From Candidatus Multivoradales bacterium (GTDB lineage: Bacteria > Acidobacteriota > Thermoanaerobaculia > Multivoradales > J023), in the NCBI GenBank assembly GCA_965248925.1, contig CBDFLE010000005.1, positions 1,632,001-1,696,000 of the forward strand: 64,000 nucleotides of DNA, in the 5' to 3' direction. The position numbers and the translations under genes were made by a program. Below are positions 48,660-59,500 of the stretch, piece by piece; positions within the stretch are counted from its first letter, which is position 1, and every line of letters begins with the position of its first letter. A model generated the notes under the pieces. It had not been told where the DNA came from. It was given only the letters and a program-made list of their open reading frames with translations, and did not search any database.

Positions 48660-51600
48660 ATGGCTAGGAATCGTAAATTGATCGTCGACGAGTTATTGAC
48701 CAAACCGAGCGGTGTTTGCCCGATGCTGTTCGTCGGACTAGGAGGGGCCGGTTGTCAAATAGTCGACCGGGTGGCCACGCACCTTCGCCGCAGGTCGGAT
48801 TTCGGCGAGCGCTACCAGGATTTGATCAAGTTCGCAATGGTCGACTCCAACGTCAACGACCTCGAAGGATATCGAGAGGTAGCAGACGCCACCTTTCTTA
48901 TCAGTGACTTCGAGAAAGAGGAGTACGCAAATCTGGCCTCAGGCAAGAGCTTTCTCGAGCCCGACACCTACTTCACCCAGTGGGTTCCGCCCGACTACCG
49001 CTTTCGTTCCGGAGATACCTCCGGCGCTGGTCAGATCAGGATCGAGTCACGCCTTGGGATCTACTACCAAATGAAGCATAGGGATTTCGTACAACGATTC
49101 CGACGGCTATTGGAGGATCTCAAGTCGCACGAGCACGGCCATCGTAAGCTCGACTCCAACGAAATCCGTATCGTTCTGTGCTACTCGATTGCCGGCGGCA
49201 CCGGCTCCGGCTGCCATCTCCCCCTGGCATACATGCTGCGAGATCAGGCGGCTGAGCTGGGACAGCCGGCGATCATTGGAGTAGCAGTCCTGCCGGCGGT
49301 TTTCGAGGACAAAGTGGGAGTCAACAAAGATGGCATCTTCGCCAACGGCTATGCCGCTCTGAAAGAAACCGAGCACCTGATGAAGCTAGGGGCACCTGAC
49401 TCACGGTTCTTTCCCAAAGACGGCCTCCCCTTACACTACAACCCTGCCGACTCGTCAAAGAAGATCGTCTCCGAACGCCCATTTGATTTTCTTTACTTGA
49501 TCGACAAGCCGGAGTCGTTCAGCGTTCCCGAACCAGTCGACGCCGCCGCCGACGGTCTTTACCTACAGTTTTTCTCACCCCTTTACGGCGCCCAACAGTC
49601 GGACTACGACAATTACACGCAGTACCAGCGCTTCCTTGTCCCGGAGGACTTCGAGGAGCGAGGCATCGTCGGCTTCTCCACCTTCTATGGTTCCTTTGGT
49701 TGCGCCGTCCTTCTCGTCCCGGTTCAGGGACTGGTGGAGTACTGCAGCCAGGCGGCGGCCCTGTCTCTAATCCGCGCCAGTTTTCTCGGTGAGATCCCCG
49801 GCGATCCCAACTACGAGATTCTACGTATTGATCCGGACCCATTCTACGAAGTCCGCGAGAGCGACGAGGAAGAAGCGCAGGTCGTCCGGGCCGCTGAGAT
49901 CGCCAATCAGCCCCAGAAACACCGCCGAGATCTGCTTTTCGACAAGCTCTTTTGCAAACGAGTGCGACTGCTGGCAGCCTGCGAGTATCAGGCGGAGAAA
50001 GACGGCCGCTTCCGTGGCATATTCCGCCACGGGCACTTCCTGGGCTCAATCCCCAAGACCAACGGCAACGTGGTTTACGACCCCGAGATCTATGGCGATG
50101 AGGAACGCCGCGAGCGCGACATAGTCGGCGGCAAGCTCAGAGTCTCAATCGGCGGAATCGTGCTGCCGGCACTGGTCGGATTGCCGAATGAAGACCCGGG
50201 CCTGCTCAATCAGGCGCAGCAAGCAATCCAGACCTTCAAGCCACCCAAGCCACGCCGCGAAATGCGAGTGACACAGCTCAGAGGGCGCGCCGCGGGGTGG
50301 CGCGACGACTTCAAGCGCGAGGGCTTGCGGCGGCTCCGCGAAGGCTACAACGAGGGTGCGGTCCGGGTACCAGGCATGGACCAGATGGTGGAGCTCGAGT
50401 TCCTCCGCCGCGAGGCCGGTGAAGTCGAACTCACCGCCAAGCGGTACGCCGTACTCGCGATCCTCGACGCTGTCGATTGGCACCAGCAACCGCCGGACGA
50501 CCTGGACGAAAGCTTCGACATCCCAAATAAGAAAGCCAAGATCAAGCCCGACGATGAGCTCATCGAGAACATCATCTCCCAAGCCCGGGATATGGCCTTT
50601 CAGGAAGTTCGCAGGGAATTCCTTGGCCGTCTCGGCGAACTTCGCAAAGCCCTCGATGGCTACGCCACGGAGATGCGCGACCTGGAGCGCGGCTCAACCC
50701 ATCTAGCGCGCGAATACAGCCGCAAGCTGGAACGCTTGCAAGACCACGGCGAGGAGTCCGCAAACCAGTATGTGCTCGACGCAGAAGCGCTGCAGGGCGA
50801 AGACAATCGCCGCTTCTGGGACTTTTACTTCGAAGACAAGATCGCCACGCTGCCCGAGTTCTCGCTGAGCAACAGGCGGGTGCAGCAGATTCTCAGTGAC
50901 ATGGTCATCGTGCTCTCCCAACGAGGGGACCGTGGCACTAGCACCTCAAGGCTGGAAAAGCTCTTCTCAGCGCTGCGCCAATACGCCCACGATCTATTGG
51001 AAAAGCGCATCGGCGGCGATCCGCACTCTCCAGACGAAGCACTGCGCGAGGGGCTCACTCTTTCCGACGCCCTCGAGCTTGAGATCATCTACCGGGCACT
51101 CTATCGCAGCCATGTCGAGGCGGTACGGGGCAAGGGCGAGAAAGTTGTCCGAGAAATTCTGTCCGAATACCGGGCGCTACCCAAAGAGCGTCAGGTCAAC
51201 TTTGGAGACCTCCATCACCAGGACTATCTACGTGACAAGATCCGCCGTGTAGTCCGTGAGAAGGCTTCGCTACTCTGCGTCTACGACCGTTCCAAAGATC
51301 AGCATGGAGGAGTGCGTCCGGACCATGTCTTTCTTGGCGCCATCGACGCCAATTTCAAGAACAGCAACATCGCGGATGCTCTGCGCGGCGCCGATATCGC
51401 CGACCTGAAGTGGGTATCGGGCAGCTGGCACAACGCCAAAGAGATCATCTTCTACAGCGCGGTGCTCAACGTGCCGCTCTACACCTTCGGTCGACTCGAC
51501 AGGATGAAGCACTTCTATGACAGCTTCCGCGGCCAGAAGCGGCGCTCGAAGGCACTGCACATCGATCAGAATTGGGAAGGTGAAAAGCTGCACGATCTTG

Positions 51601-52484
51601 ACCCCGGCACTCTCAAAGAAAAGCACCGCCAGAAGCGAGTCCGCGACCAGATCATCAATTTCACCGCCCTGTTGCGCAGCCAGCATCCGCGAATCGGTGA
51701 AAAGGGCGTCAACTGCATCCTGCGCCGACAAGGGCGCTACTTGCTTCTCGATCCGGGTTGTTCAGAACTGCCGGAAGATCATGACAGTGGTTTCATCAAC
51801 CTCGGTGACACGCTAGCTGACGCGATCCAACGACTCCCTGAAGTGCTGGGCGGCGAACGCATCAAGTTCAGAGACTATCGCGATTCGCTGCACGGCGTGC
51901 GCAACGGAATGGCTCCGGAGCTACTCTTCAAGATCGGTAGCCTGCCCTTCAAGTGGCGCCTGCAGTACGAGGACTTGCGCAACCACTATGGACACCAGCG
52001 CTCTATCGATCAGCTTGAGATCCTCAAGGATCTCAAGGATTCATATTCCCGCTTGCGTGAGGCGCTCGAAGACCTGCTGAAAGAGCTGCGCAACCGGCAG
52101 CTGGAGAGCCGCACTCGCAACGAGGACTTCACCGTCTATAGACCAAAGTCAGAACAAAAGAAGCTTGCAATCAAGCGAGCCACCGAAGCGCTGACCCAAA
52201 GTATCCAGATGCTATCGGTGTTCCACGAACGCTGGAGCAAACTGGAGGACCCCAAGCAGGTTCCCAGAGCACCTAAGTCTTTCAAATCCCTATTCAAGCC
52301 ATTGGATCAAACACGGCTGAACAAGATGATCGTCCAGCTGCGGGACGGCGATCCCTCGGAAGGCCCTGAGGGTCCGACTGGATCCGTGCATTCCAAGGTC
52401 CACCCTTCGGACACCGACCAGCCAGCCGGCGAAACAGAGGAATCTGAGCGGGATTTCGAGGAGCGGACCTCCTCCTCCACATGA
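48660..52484 (+). CDS. Large tubulin/FtsZ-like GTPase (Tubulin_2-type), 1274 aa
   Basis: FVGLGGAG (T1), VDSN (T2), GAGQIR (T3), SIAGGTGSG (T4 signature), VLP (T5) and ANGYAALKE (T6), followed by a long helical region. Confidence 0.88.
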   Translation: MARNRKLIVDELLTKPSGVCPMLFVGLGGAGCQIVDRVATHLRRRSDFGERYQDLIKFAMVDSNVNDLEGYREVADATFLISDFEKEEYANLASGKSFLEPDTYFTQWVPPDYRFRSGDTSGAGQIRIESRLGIYYQMKHRDFVQRFRRLLEDLKSHEHGHRKLDSNEIRIVLCYSIAGGTGSGCHLPLAYMLRDQAAELGQPAIIGVAVLPAVFEDKVGVNKDGIFANGYAALKETEHLMKLGAPDSRFFPKDGLPLHYNPADSSKKIVSERPFDFLYLIDKPESFSVPEPVDAAADGLYLQFFSPLYGAQQSDYDNYTQYQRFLVPEDFEERGIVGFSTFYGSFGCAVLLVPVQGLVEYCSQAAALSLIRASFLGEIPGDPNYEILRIDPDPFYEVRESDEEEAQVVRAAEIANQPQKHRRDLLFDKLFCKRVRLLAACEYQAEKDGRFRGIFRHGHFLGSIPKTNGNVVYDPEIYGDEERRERDIVGGKLRVSIGGIVLPALVGLPNEDPGLLNQAQQAIQTFKPPKPRREMRVTQLRGRAAGWRDDFKREGLRRLREGYNEGAVRVPGMDQMVELEFLRREAGEVELTAKRYAVLAILDAVDWHQQPPDDLDESFDIPNKKAKIKPDDELIENIISQARDMAFQEVRREFLGRLGELRKALDGYATEMRDLERGSTHLAREYSRKLERLQDHGEESANQYVLDAEALQGEDNRRFWDFYFEDKIATLPEFSLSNRRVQQILSDMVIVLSQRGDRGTSTSRLEKLFSALRQYAHDLLEKRIGGDPHSPDEALREGLTLSDALELEIIYRALYRSHVEAVRGKGEKVVREILSEYRALPKERQVNFGDLHHQDYLRDKIRRVVREKASLLCVYDRSKDQHGGVRPDHVFLGAIDANFKNSNIADALRGADIADLKWVSGSWHNAKEIIFYSAVLNVPLYTFGRLDRMKHFYDSFRGQKRRSKALHIDQNWEGEKLHDLDPGTLKEKHRQKRVRDQIINFTALLRSQHPRIGEKGVNCILRRQGRYLLLDPGCSELPEDHDSGFINLGDTLADAIQRLPEVLGGERIKFRDYRDSLHGVRNGMAPELLFKIGSLPFKWRLQYEDLRNHYGHQRSIDQLEILKDLKDSYSRLREALEDLLKELRNRQLESRTRNEDFTVYRPKSEQKKLAIKRATEALTQSIQMLSVFHERWSKLEDPKQVPRAPKSFKSLFKPLDQTRLNKMIVQLRDGDPSEGPEGPTGSVHSKVHPSDTDQPAGETEESERDFEERTSSST

Positions 52485-55400
52485 CTCACCCCAGCCTTGT
52501 CTACCCGGCCCCCTCGCTGGTAGTGGGGATGGGCCGCTTCGGCCTCGCCGTGCTCGAGAGGCTAGGGGAGGATTGGAAGCAGCTGCGGCTATCCGGGGCA
52601 GATCAGTCGCTCAGGAACCTGCGCCTGATCTGGCTACACTCCCAAGGCGAAACCGAGGACTGCTGGCGCCAGGAGGAAGAAAAAGAGCTGAGGATTGCGA
52701 GGTACATCAAGGACGGAGATCTGCCCACGATCGCACTTGACTTCGTCGCCCTCCGCACTCTGGGACTGATTCGCTATCACCATGGTGCTTACCAGATAGC
52801 GGTGCCACAAGATCGGGGCCCGGTCAGGGTTAGCGACCTACTTCTAGAGGGCAGCGATCGCCGAGACTCAGGGCAGCACGACGGGGATAGGGAAGACCCG
52901 AGGAACCGCAAGAAGGAAGCCGAGCAATTCGTCCGACGGCGATTCTTCGACTGGCAGGATCTCGATCCTGACCCCCTCCATGCCGCCGAGATTCTGCGCC
53001 GCAAGGCAGAGCGCGAGAGTCCTTTGCACCAGTTCATTGCACCGTTGATTAATCGTATTCGGCAGGGACACAGCCCGTGGATCCTGCTGGCTGCAATCCA
53101 GCGTTGCAGTAGCTTGGCCTCAGGCCGCGACCCGGCGCCGTGGCGCTGGGTCCGGCAGGCACTTAGCGGCCACCCGCCTGGGCCGACCAGCATTCCGGCG
53201 CCAACAATCGACCAAGCGCGCCAGCAGCATCGCGACTACGACAAGCTACTCGACAGTCTGGCGCCACCCGCACTGAGCATCGAGGGCAAGCACCAAGAAG
53301 TCAACTATAACCTCTCTAACCTCTCTGCCGATCCCTTAGACGGAAATGGCTGGGAGTTCGCTGAGTCCGAGATCATCGTACCGGCCAACTTCCATCCCGC
53401 CAGCGACGACCCCGAAACCCCGATCGATCCCTTCCACCTACTCAACGAGGACTGGCAAGCTACCGGCTGGGCAACTGACCTGGAAGAAGAGAACGAGCAA
53501 CCCTTCAAGACTCTTAGAGTCAGCCATTTTCGGCTCGGGCTCTTCGATCATTCCGCTACCGCTCACAGCGAAGAGAAAAGCCTCTCCGAGCACCTCGGAC
53601 AGCGCCTGAGGCTACTCGCCGACTTGCTCCACAAGGGACTTGTCCGCCTGTGGGTAGACCTGAAGCGGGAGCAGGTCGAGGAATTCAGCCCGCTGCCCCA
53701 GCTGCAGCGGCACGAGGCTGCTGAGGAAGCTCTGCAACAGAGCTTGAAAATGCTGGACGAACTCCTGATCCGGCCCCTTCATGAAGAAGATGGGGGGCCG
53801 GAACAGGATCACGAGCAGGAAGCTGGCCCACGCGACATCGATCTCCTCGCCGACCGGCCGACTCGCTTTCTGCGGTCTCTGATCTTCGACCCCGAGCCTC
53901 GGGCCTGGGAAGAGAGTGCTCTCGAGCGACGTCTCGCGGCCCTTGGCTTGGCCGATTCCGCAAATCGACCGCCGGCGCCTCGTTCCTTGCTGCAACAAGT
54001 CGCCTTCTGTCGCCACGAGCAACCGCGGGACAGTCTGCGCAAAGTTCTCAATCGAGAGGTTCGCGACCTACTTGATTTCTCATACTTGGCCGAATATCGC
54101 AAGAAGGCGACCCGAACACCACCGCGGCTGACTGTCTTCGTGGTCGGCGATATGAGCGAGCCCTTCGCCCGACAGAAGATGACCGAAGTGCTACGTGACA
54201 TCCACTCCGAGCTGCTACGCTCCTTCAGCTCGATGTTTGAGCTACATCGCGAGGGTTTCGATCGCGCTCTGTCGGTTGTGCCTATTCTGTGGATGCCCCA
54301 TCCAGCAGATCCCTTCGGCGGCGAGCCCCTGGAGAAAACCCGCTTGGAGGAAGCGGCGATCATCGATTCCGTTCACCGTGTGCGCCGGTGGGTAGAATCG
54401 GTACTACCAGGCTCGCGACGGCGAATCTCGCAGATCTTTATCAATGGCAGGGTCACCGACAACGCGGTACTGACTCTTCGCGACAGCATCCAACAGACTC
54501 GGGACTTTCTCTCCTTTCAGATTCGCAACGACCTGTCGCGCGACGACTGGCTCAGACGCACCGCGGTAGGCCCAGGGGGAGACGATCTATTCGCCTCTTT
54601 CGCCTGTTGCGAGATCGAGTTCCCAGCCGAGCGGGCGCGTGAGTATCTGGCCAATCGTTTGGTCAGAGAGTGCCTCCACCGCCTCCGTGGGGAGCCCAGC
54701 TCGGAGTCGCCGAAGGTGGCCCGCTCACTGGCCCCGCCAGCAAAGAAAGAACTGGTGGAGGCGGCCAGCTCGGACTTGGAAGAGAACACCAAGAGGCGCG
54801 CTCGAAGGCTGCTGACCCAAGTCTGGGAAGCTCTGCCCGGCAAGGCCAAGGAGAATCGTTGCCTATCCCGCCGACAGGTGTTGGATGCCTTCGATGACGC
54901 CTTCGAGCAGAGACTGTGGCAGGGCGTGTTGAGCCTGTGGCGCGATCTCACCCAACGCTGCGGGCGCATGGACGCCTTGATCGACGATCTCCGCTGCCAA
55001 GTCTCGGTCAAGCTCCACCAGACCTTGCCAGAGATTCGCCAGGACAGTGACAACGACATCCATCGAGTCAGCGATCAGGGCCTGCCGGCAATGTTGTCGC
55101 GGATCGGAGATCGGCGGCGCGAAGCTTTCGCTGTTCTTCAGCAAACGGAAAAAGAGCGCCGTCGAAATGAGCAGAACTGCCAACGCCATCGAGCGCCCTC
55201 ACGCCGCCAGCTGCAGCATGCTAGGGATGAAGTGGTGGTAGCGGCAGAGAACAAGCCAGACTGCGGCCCCCAGCGTCTAGGAGTGACGATCTGGGTCCTG
55301 CTGTTGCCTGCGACCTCTGCCCTGCCCGTCGCAGGCCTGGCCTCGAGCCTCGGCGAGTTCTGGGCACTGCTGGCCAGTGCCGGAGTGACAACGGTTTTGG

Positions 55401-56509
55401 CCAGCGGCCTGCTACGACTTCACACCCGCTATTTCCATCGTCGCCTGCGAGCCTGTATCGAGATGTTGGAAAATTCCGTCCAGCATCTGGTCGCCGGTAG
55501 TGACGGCACCGAGTTGCAGGACCAGCAACCCTCCTTGCGCTCGTTTTTCGAGATGAGGCTCCAGCTCACCGCAGCGCTGGCACGACGTGGCTACGCGCTG
55601 CACACCTACCAGCAAGCGGCAACGGACGAGGGCCTCGGTCAGCGGCTGCGAGAGAGCATCGATATTCAGCAGCACTGCATGCTGCGCCGTGCCGAAGAAC
55701 TCGGTGTACGACCGGCACCACCGGGTTCACAAGCCCGCGACGACCTGCGCGACATCTTCGTTCGCCGAGTCGGCGAGCGGATGGCGAAGCTGATCGATCC
55801 GAATCACCTGATGGAGTACTACCGCAGCCGAGTACGCCCGAACGAATTGCCGGTAGTCGATTTCCTCGACCAAAGCGGCGGACTGAGCGACTGGCGTAAG
55901 ACTGCCAGTCTGTCCGACACCGAGTCGCTAATGGGCTACGGCCGCGAACTCTTTGCTACCGTAGCGAACCATCCAATCACTGAGCTCGACTACTTCTCCG
56001 AAGTGGTCGGCAAGCACCTTCAGGACTTTGTCCGGCGCAACTACTCGAATCTTGGTTTTGGCGCCAAGTTCCTGGGCTACGAAGGGCTAGATCCAGACGG
56101 CGTGCGACTCGCCGCGGACGCTTCGTTAGTAGCGGATGGGCCGCTGCTAGCGGCCTACGACCAAGTCGAAGAGGAGTTCGATTCTAGCCCAAGAGACTCT
56201 CGCGACCTTTACCACCAACGACCTCGAAGCTTGGACCGCTTGATGGCAGGCATCCGTCCCAACGCGGCCTACATGTTCTCCCTAGTGCAGGGAGTGAGAG
56301 CGCACAGCGTACACAACCTGAAGCGTTTCGAGTCATTTCACGACCGCTCCGTGGAAGGCTCCAGAAATGGCCAAGCAATCCACCTACTGAGTGGCAATGA
56401 AGTTCTTGGAATGGAGCTACTGAAGAAGATCCGCAAGAATCAGCAGCCATCTAGCGACAACGGTGACTTGATAGAGGACGACCGGGAGAGCGACAGTGAA
56501 CTGGTCTGA
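52481..56509 (+). CDS. Degenerate tubulin-like protein with helical/coiled region and a hydrophobic hairpin, 1342 aa
   Basis: T1-like LVVGMGRFG, no GGTG[ST]G, VFVVGDMSEP at the T4-equivalent position, and FASFACCEIEFP paralleling YGSFGCAVLLVP of the upstream protein. Two hydrophobic segments at ~55280-55415; ATGA overlap. Confidence 0.6.
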   Translation: MTHPSLVYPAPSLVVGMGRFGLAVLERLGEDWKQLRLSGADQSLRNLRLIWLHSQGETEDCWRQEEEKELRIARYIKDGDLPTIALDFVALRTLGLIRYHHGAYQIAVPQDRGPVRVSDLLLEGSDRRDSGQHDGDREDPRNRKKEAEQFVRRRFFDWQDLDPDPLHAAEILRRKAERESPLHQFIAPLINRIRQGHSPWILLAAIQRCSSLASGRDPAPWRWVRQALSGHPPGPTSIPAPTIDQARQQHRDYDKLLDSLAPPALSIEGKHQEVNYNLSNLSADPLDGNGWEFAESEIIVPANFHPASDDPETPIDPFHLLNEDWQATGWATDLEEENEQPFKTLRVSHFRLGLFDHSATAHSEEKSLSEHLGQRLRLLADLLHKGLVRLWVDLKREQVEEFSPLPQLQRHEAAEEALQQSLKMLDELLIRPLHEEDGGPEQDHEQEAGPRDIDLLADRPTRFLRSLIFDPEPRAWEESALERRLAALGLADSANRPPAPRSLLQQVAFCRHEQPRDSLRKVLNREVRDLLDFSYLAEYRKKATRTPPRLTVFVVGDMSEPFARQKMTEVLRDIHSELLRSFSSMFELHREGFDRALSVVPILWMPHPADPFGGEPLEKTRLEEAAIIDSVHRVRRWVESVLPGSRRRISQIFINGRVTDNAVLTLRDSIQQTRDFLSFQIRNDLSRDDWLRRTAVGPGGDDLFASFACCEIEFPAERAREYLANRLVRECLHRLRGEPSSESPKVARSLAPPAKKELVEAASSDLEENTKRRARRLLTQVWEALPGKAKENRCLSRRQVLDAFDDAFEQRLWQGVLSLWRDLTQRCGRMDALIDDLRCQVSVKLHQTLPEIRQDSDNDIHRVSDQGLPAMLSRIGDRRREAFAVLQQTEKERRRNEQNCQRHRAPSRRQLQHARDEVVVAAENKPDCGPQRLGVTIWVLLLPATSALPVAGLASSLGEFWALLASAGVTTVLASGLLRLHTRYFHRRLRACIEMLENSVQHLVAGSDGTELQDQQPSLRSFFEMRLQLTAALARRGYALHTYQQAATDEGLGQRLRESIDIQQHCMLRRAEELGVRPAPPGSQARDDLRDIFVRRVGERMAKLIDPNHLMEYYRSRVRPNELPVVDFLDQSGGLSDWRKTASLSDTESLMGYGRELFATVANHPITELDYFSEVVGKHLQDFVRRNYSNLGFGAKFLGYEGLDPDGVRLAADASLVADGPLLAAYDQVEEEFDSSPRDSRDLYHQRPRSLDRLMAGIRPNAAYMFSLVQGVRAHSVHNLKRFESFHDRSVEGSRNGQAIHLLSGNEVLGMELLKKIRKNQQPSSDNGDLIEDDRESDSELV

Positions 56510-59500
56510 GGCCGCCGTGTTCGGCTATTTTTCGCTGGCTCTGTATCGGTTGGCGAGCCTGCCCGGCCACTATCTATTCATCTTGGTGGTCGTGCTGCTG
56601 GCAATCCCGTACACGACCGCCCACCTGCTGCAAGGCTGGCTGGTGAAGCGGCTTCGCGCTCGGCCCCTGAGACTTGCCCCGCTTGGGCGCGTGGAAGCGG
56701 CTCTGTCGATCATCGCACCGCTGGCTCTAGCCTATTTTCTGCTCGAGTGGATAGTACGCACCATCCGTACCTGGCTACTGCATCGACGCCAGGGGAAGAC
56801 GGCCGCAACGGCCGATTCGCCTGGCCTCGGCCACCGCGGGTTCTACATGCCTTCGATAAGAGTGCCGACCTTGGGCCCGACCTTCTTGCTAGCCGGGGTA
56901 ATCATCAGCGTTTTCTATTGGTCAGGCCGACTAGTGGACCCGTTGCTCGCCCGCGCCAGCGGCCTCAGCGCAGGCCATTCATTCTGGCAGCTCCTATTCC
57001 TTGGCCGCCGGCCGGAGTTCGCCTGGTTAAGCCCTCTCGAGGAACAGCCGCGGGTAACACTGGTGCTGAGCCTGGTCTTTTGGCTAGTAGTCTGGTGGAG
57101 TGCAGGTAACCTGCTGCGCGGCATACGCTATCGCTCGCTTCTGCAGCGCAATCACGGCGACATTCCTCAACCGCGGGTTGAAGCTCAGGAACCACGGTGG
57201 GCCACTTGGTTCGGCGTTGTCGACCTGATCCAGCCCGGCAGGAGCTACCGTCGCTGGGCATCGTGGATGCTGAGCACCATCATCGTGCTCCTATTGCTGG
57301 CCTACTCGACCCTGGACCGCAACATTGGAGGAGTGTCACCATCGGCCTTGGCGTTGGCGACCGTGGTGACACTCTCCTGGGTGTTGCACCTGCGCCTGCA
57401 CGGTTTTGCCACCCAGCACGAGACCGAGGTCGACGGCCAACGGGATTCCACCACGAAGAGGCCCGCGGGTTGGCCGGAAGTAGCAGCCGAACTCGGCCGT
57501 CTCTATGGTTGCGCCGCTCCTATTCCGCTCTTCGAGCGTGCCGTCGCACCTTTGCCACTGTCTGCCCCAGCTGGGCAGGCCTCAACCGTCTCGCCGCTGG
57601 TCGTCGAGCTGCTCGCAGGGGCAGACCAGGAGTCCACCCCTCGCCTGAATACGTTGCAGAAAAGGGTGCTGGAATGCATCTCTCTGCTTGGTTTCGTGCA
57701 ACTCCCAGCGCCAGTGGAAGGAGACGAGTTGATCCTGACCGGCTTCGGCGCCCAGCAAATCGAAGATCGCAGTGGCTTGGTAGAACGCCACCAGATCGTG
57801 CTCGCGCCCGAGGGCAGCGGCAAGACTACCCTGGCAATTCTAGCCGCCGCCAACCACGCGCTAACCCACGCCCGGGCAACCCTGATCGTTACCCGTTCGG
57901 AAAACCAGGCAGAGCTGCTCACCGCGCACATCCGCGCTACTGTCGAGCCATCCACTATGCGCTGGAACCTGCGCCTGCGACAGCTGGGGCGAGACTTCGC
58001 CAGCGACTTGAGCCGCGACATCATCCCCGACTTGGTAGTGGTGAGCCTGGAGCAGCTGGTCACCGGCCTTCTCGACAACCACGAGGTCTACATCCCATTT
58101 CTGCGCCACGTCGGCTTGGTGGTGGTGGACGATGTCGAATCCTACGCCGGCGCGGTGGAGATCCATGCCCAACTCGCTTTCCGTCGGCTTCAGCTGCTGT
58201 TCCGCCAACTCAGCGATGTCGAGTACCTAGGGGATGAAAACGCTCCCCTGATGCTGGTGCTTGGTGTCGATTCGATGAAACAAACCGCCAGTTGGGCGCA
58301 AAGCCTATGCGGTATCCAGGCTTCGATCCACACCTTCTCAGACCAGCACTCTACGGCATCTGTGAGCGAGGGCGACAGCCCACCGTGCCAGCAACAGCTG
58401 GGCTACCGCTTTTCAGATCTGCGGACAGACTCGGGGCGCCCGCTGACCGCGGCCGAAGTCGTCGGAGTCTGTGAGGCGCTGCGGGTGCCTTGGCTTTACC
58501 GACCTGCTGGTGATGGCAGACGCCACGCTGGCCGAGGGCCGCTACTGCTCAACCAAGAGCCCAGCCACGCCTGCGCCACTCCCGGCGACGCTTGCGTGGT
58601 CCTCCTGGAAGGGCGTTGGAGCGAAGTTCGCCGGGAGCTGCGCCGGCTCCGCTGGGCGGGCGCCGACAGCGGACGCAAGGAAGTTTGCTTCTTGACTGTG
58701 GTTGGGTGCGAAGAGCAGCAGGCCTGCGAGACGCTCGATCCAGCCTTCGGCTTGGCCCCTGGCGATGAACGCGAGGAACTCACCGACCTCAGCGAACAAC
58801 TGATCACACTGCCGCTACCGATTGTCCGACCTCCCTCGACTCTGGCCGTGCAATCCCATCTCCTATCCGACCTGCTACAACAGTGGATCGAGGTCAAAGA
58901 TCTGGTGGATACCTTCGGCGGTACCGTAGTGCAGTCACTTCGCCGCCTCAACCGTCAGGGCATGCTTTTCATCGAAGAGCGCTGCGACGTCAAGCCGGAG
59001 CGCAAGGAATATGAGGCCAAGGTCTACCTCCGTGCCACCGCGGCTTCGCTCCAAGACGAGACAGCAGGGGAAGCAGGCAAGGGCATCATCGAACTTGCTC
59101 AGTACGACAAGGTGCGGCAAGTTGAGCTGGTGTCACCCCAGGCAGTAAGGGTGCGAAACCGCTCCGATCACACCCAACTAGGCTGGGTAGAGGCCCGCAG
59201 CGCTAGTGCGGTCTACTACCCCGGACGGATTCTCGAGGACGCCCGTGGACGCTTCGTGGTGGTCAGCCGCAGGGATGAGGGAGAATTGATTGCGGATGTC
59301 GAGGTCGAGCCGGTCCTGCACGCTGACATTTCCAGTCCACGACGTCGCTTCGAGGTCGACGTGGACACCGCGATTGAACTCCCCTCCTACCCCTTGTTCA
59401 AGCTCGAACCGGTGCTATTAGGGCAGGACCCGGTCGAGGTCGGGCTGCAACCCGTTACAGCGCGGCTGAGAATGATCGGCTTCTACCGTCTTGATCGCTA

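Noticed and set aside
48660-52484. Calling this gene ftsZ or a eukaryote-like tubulin
   Set aside because: It is 1274 aa, has no dcw-cluster context, and shows GAGQIR/AGGTGSG variants typical of the Tubulin_2-type family.
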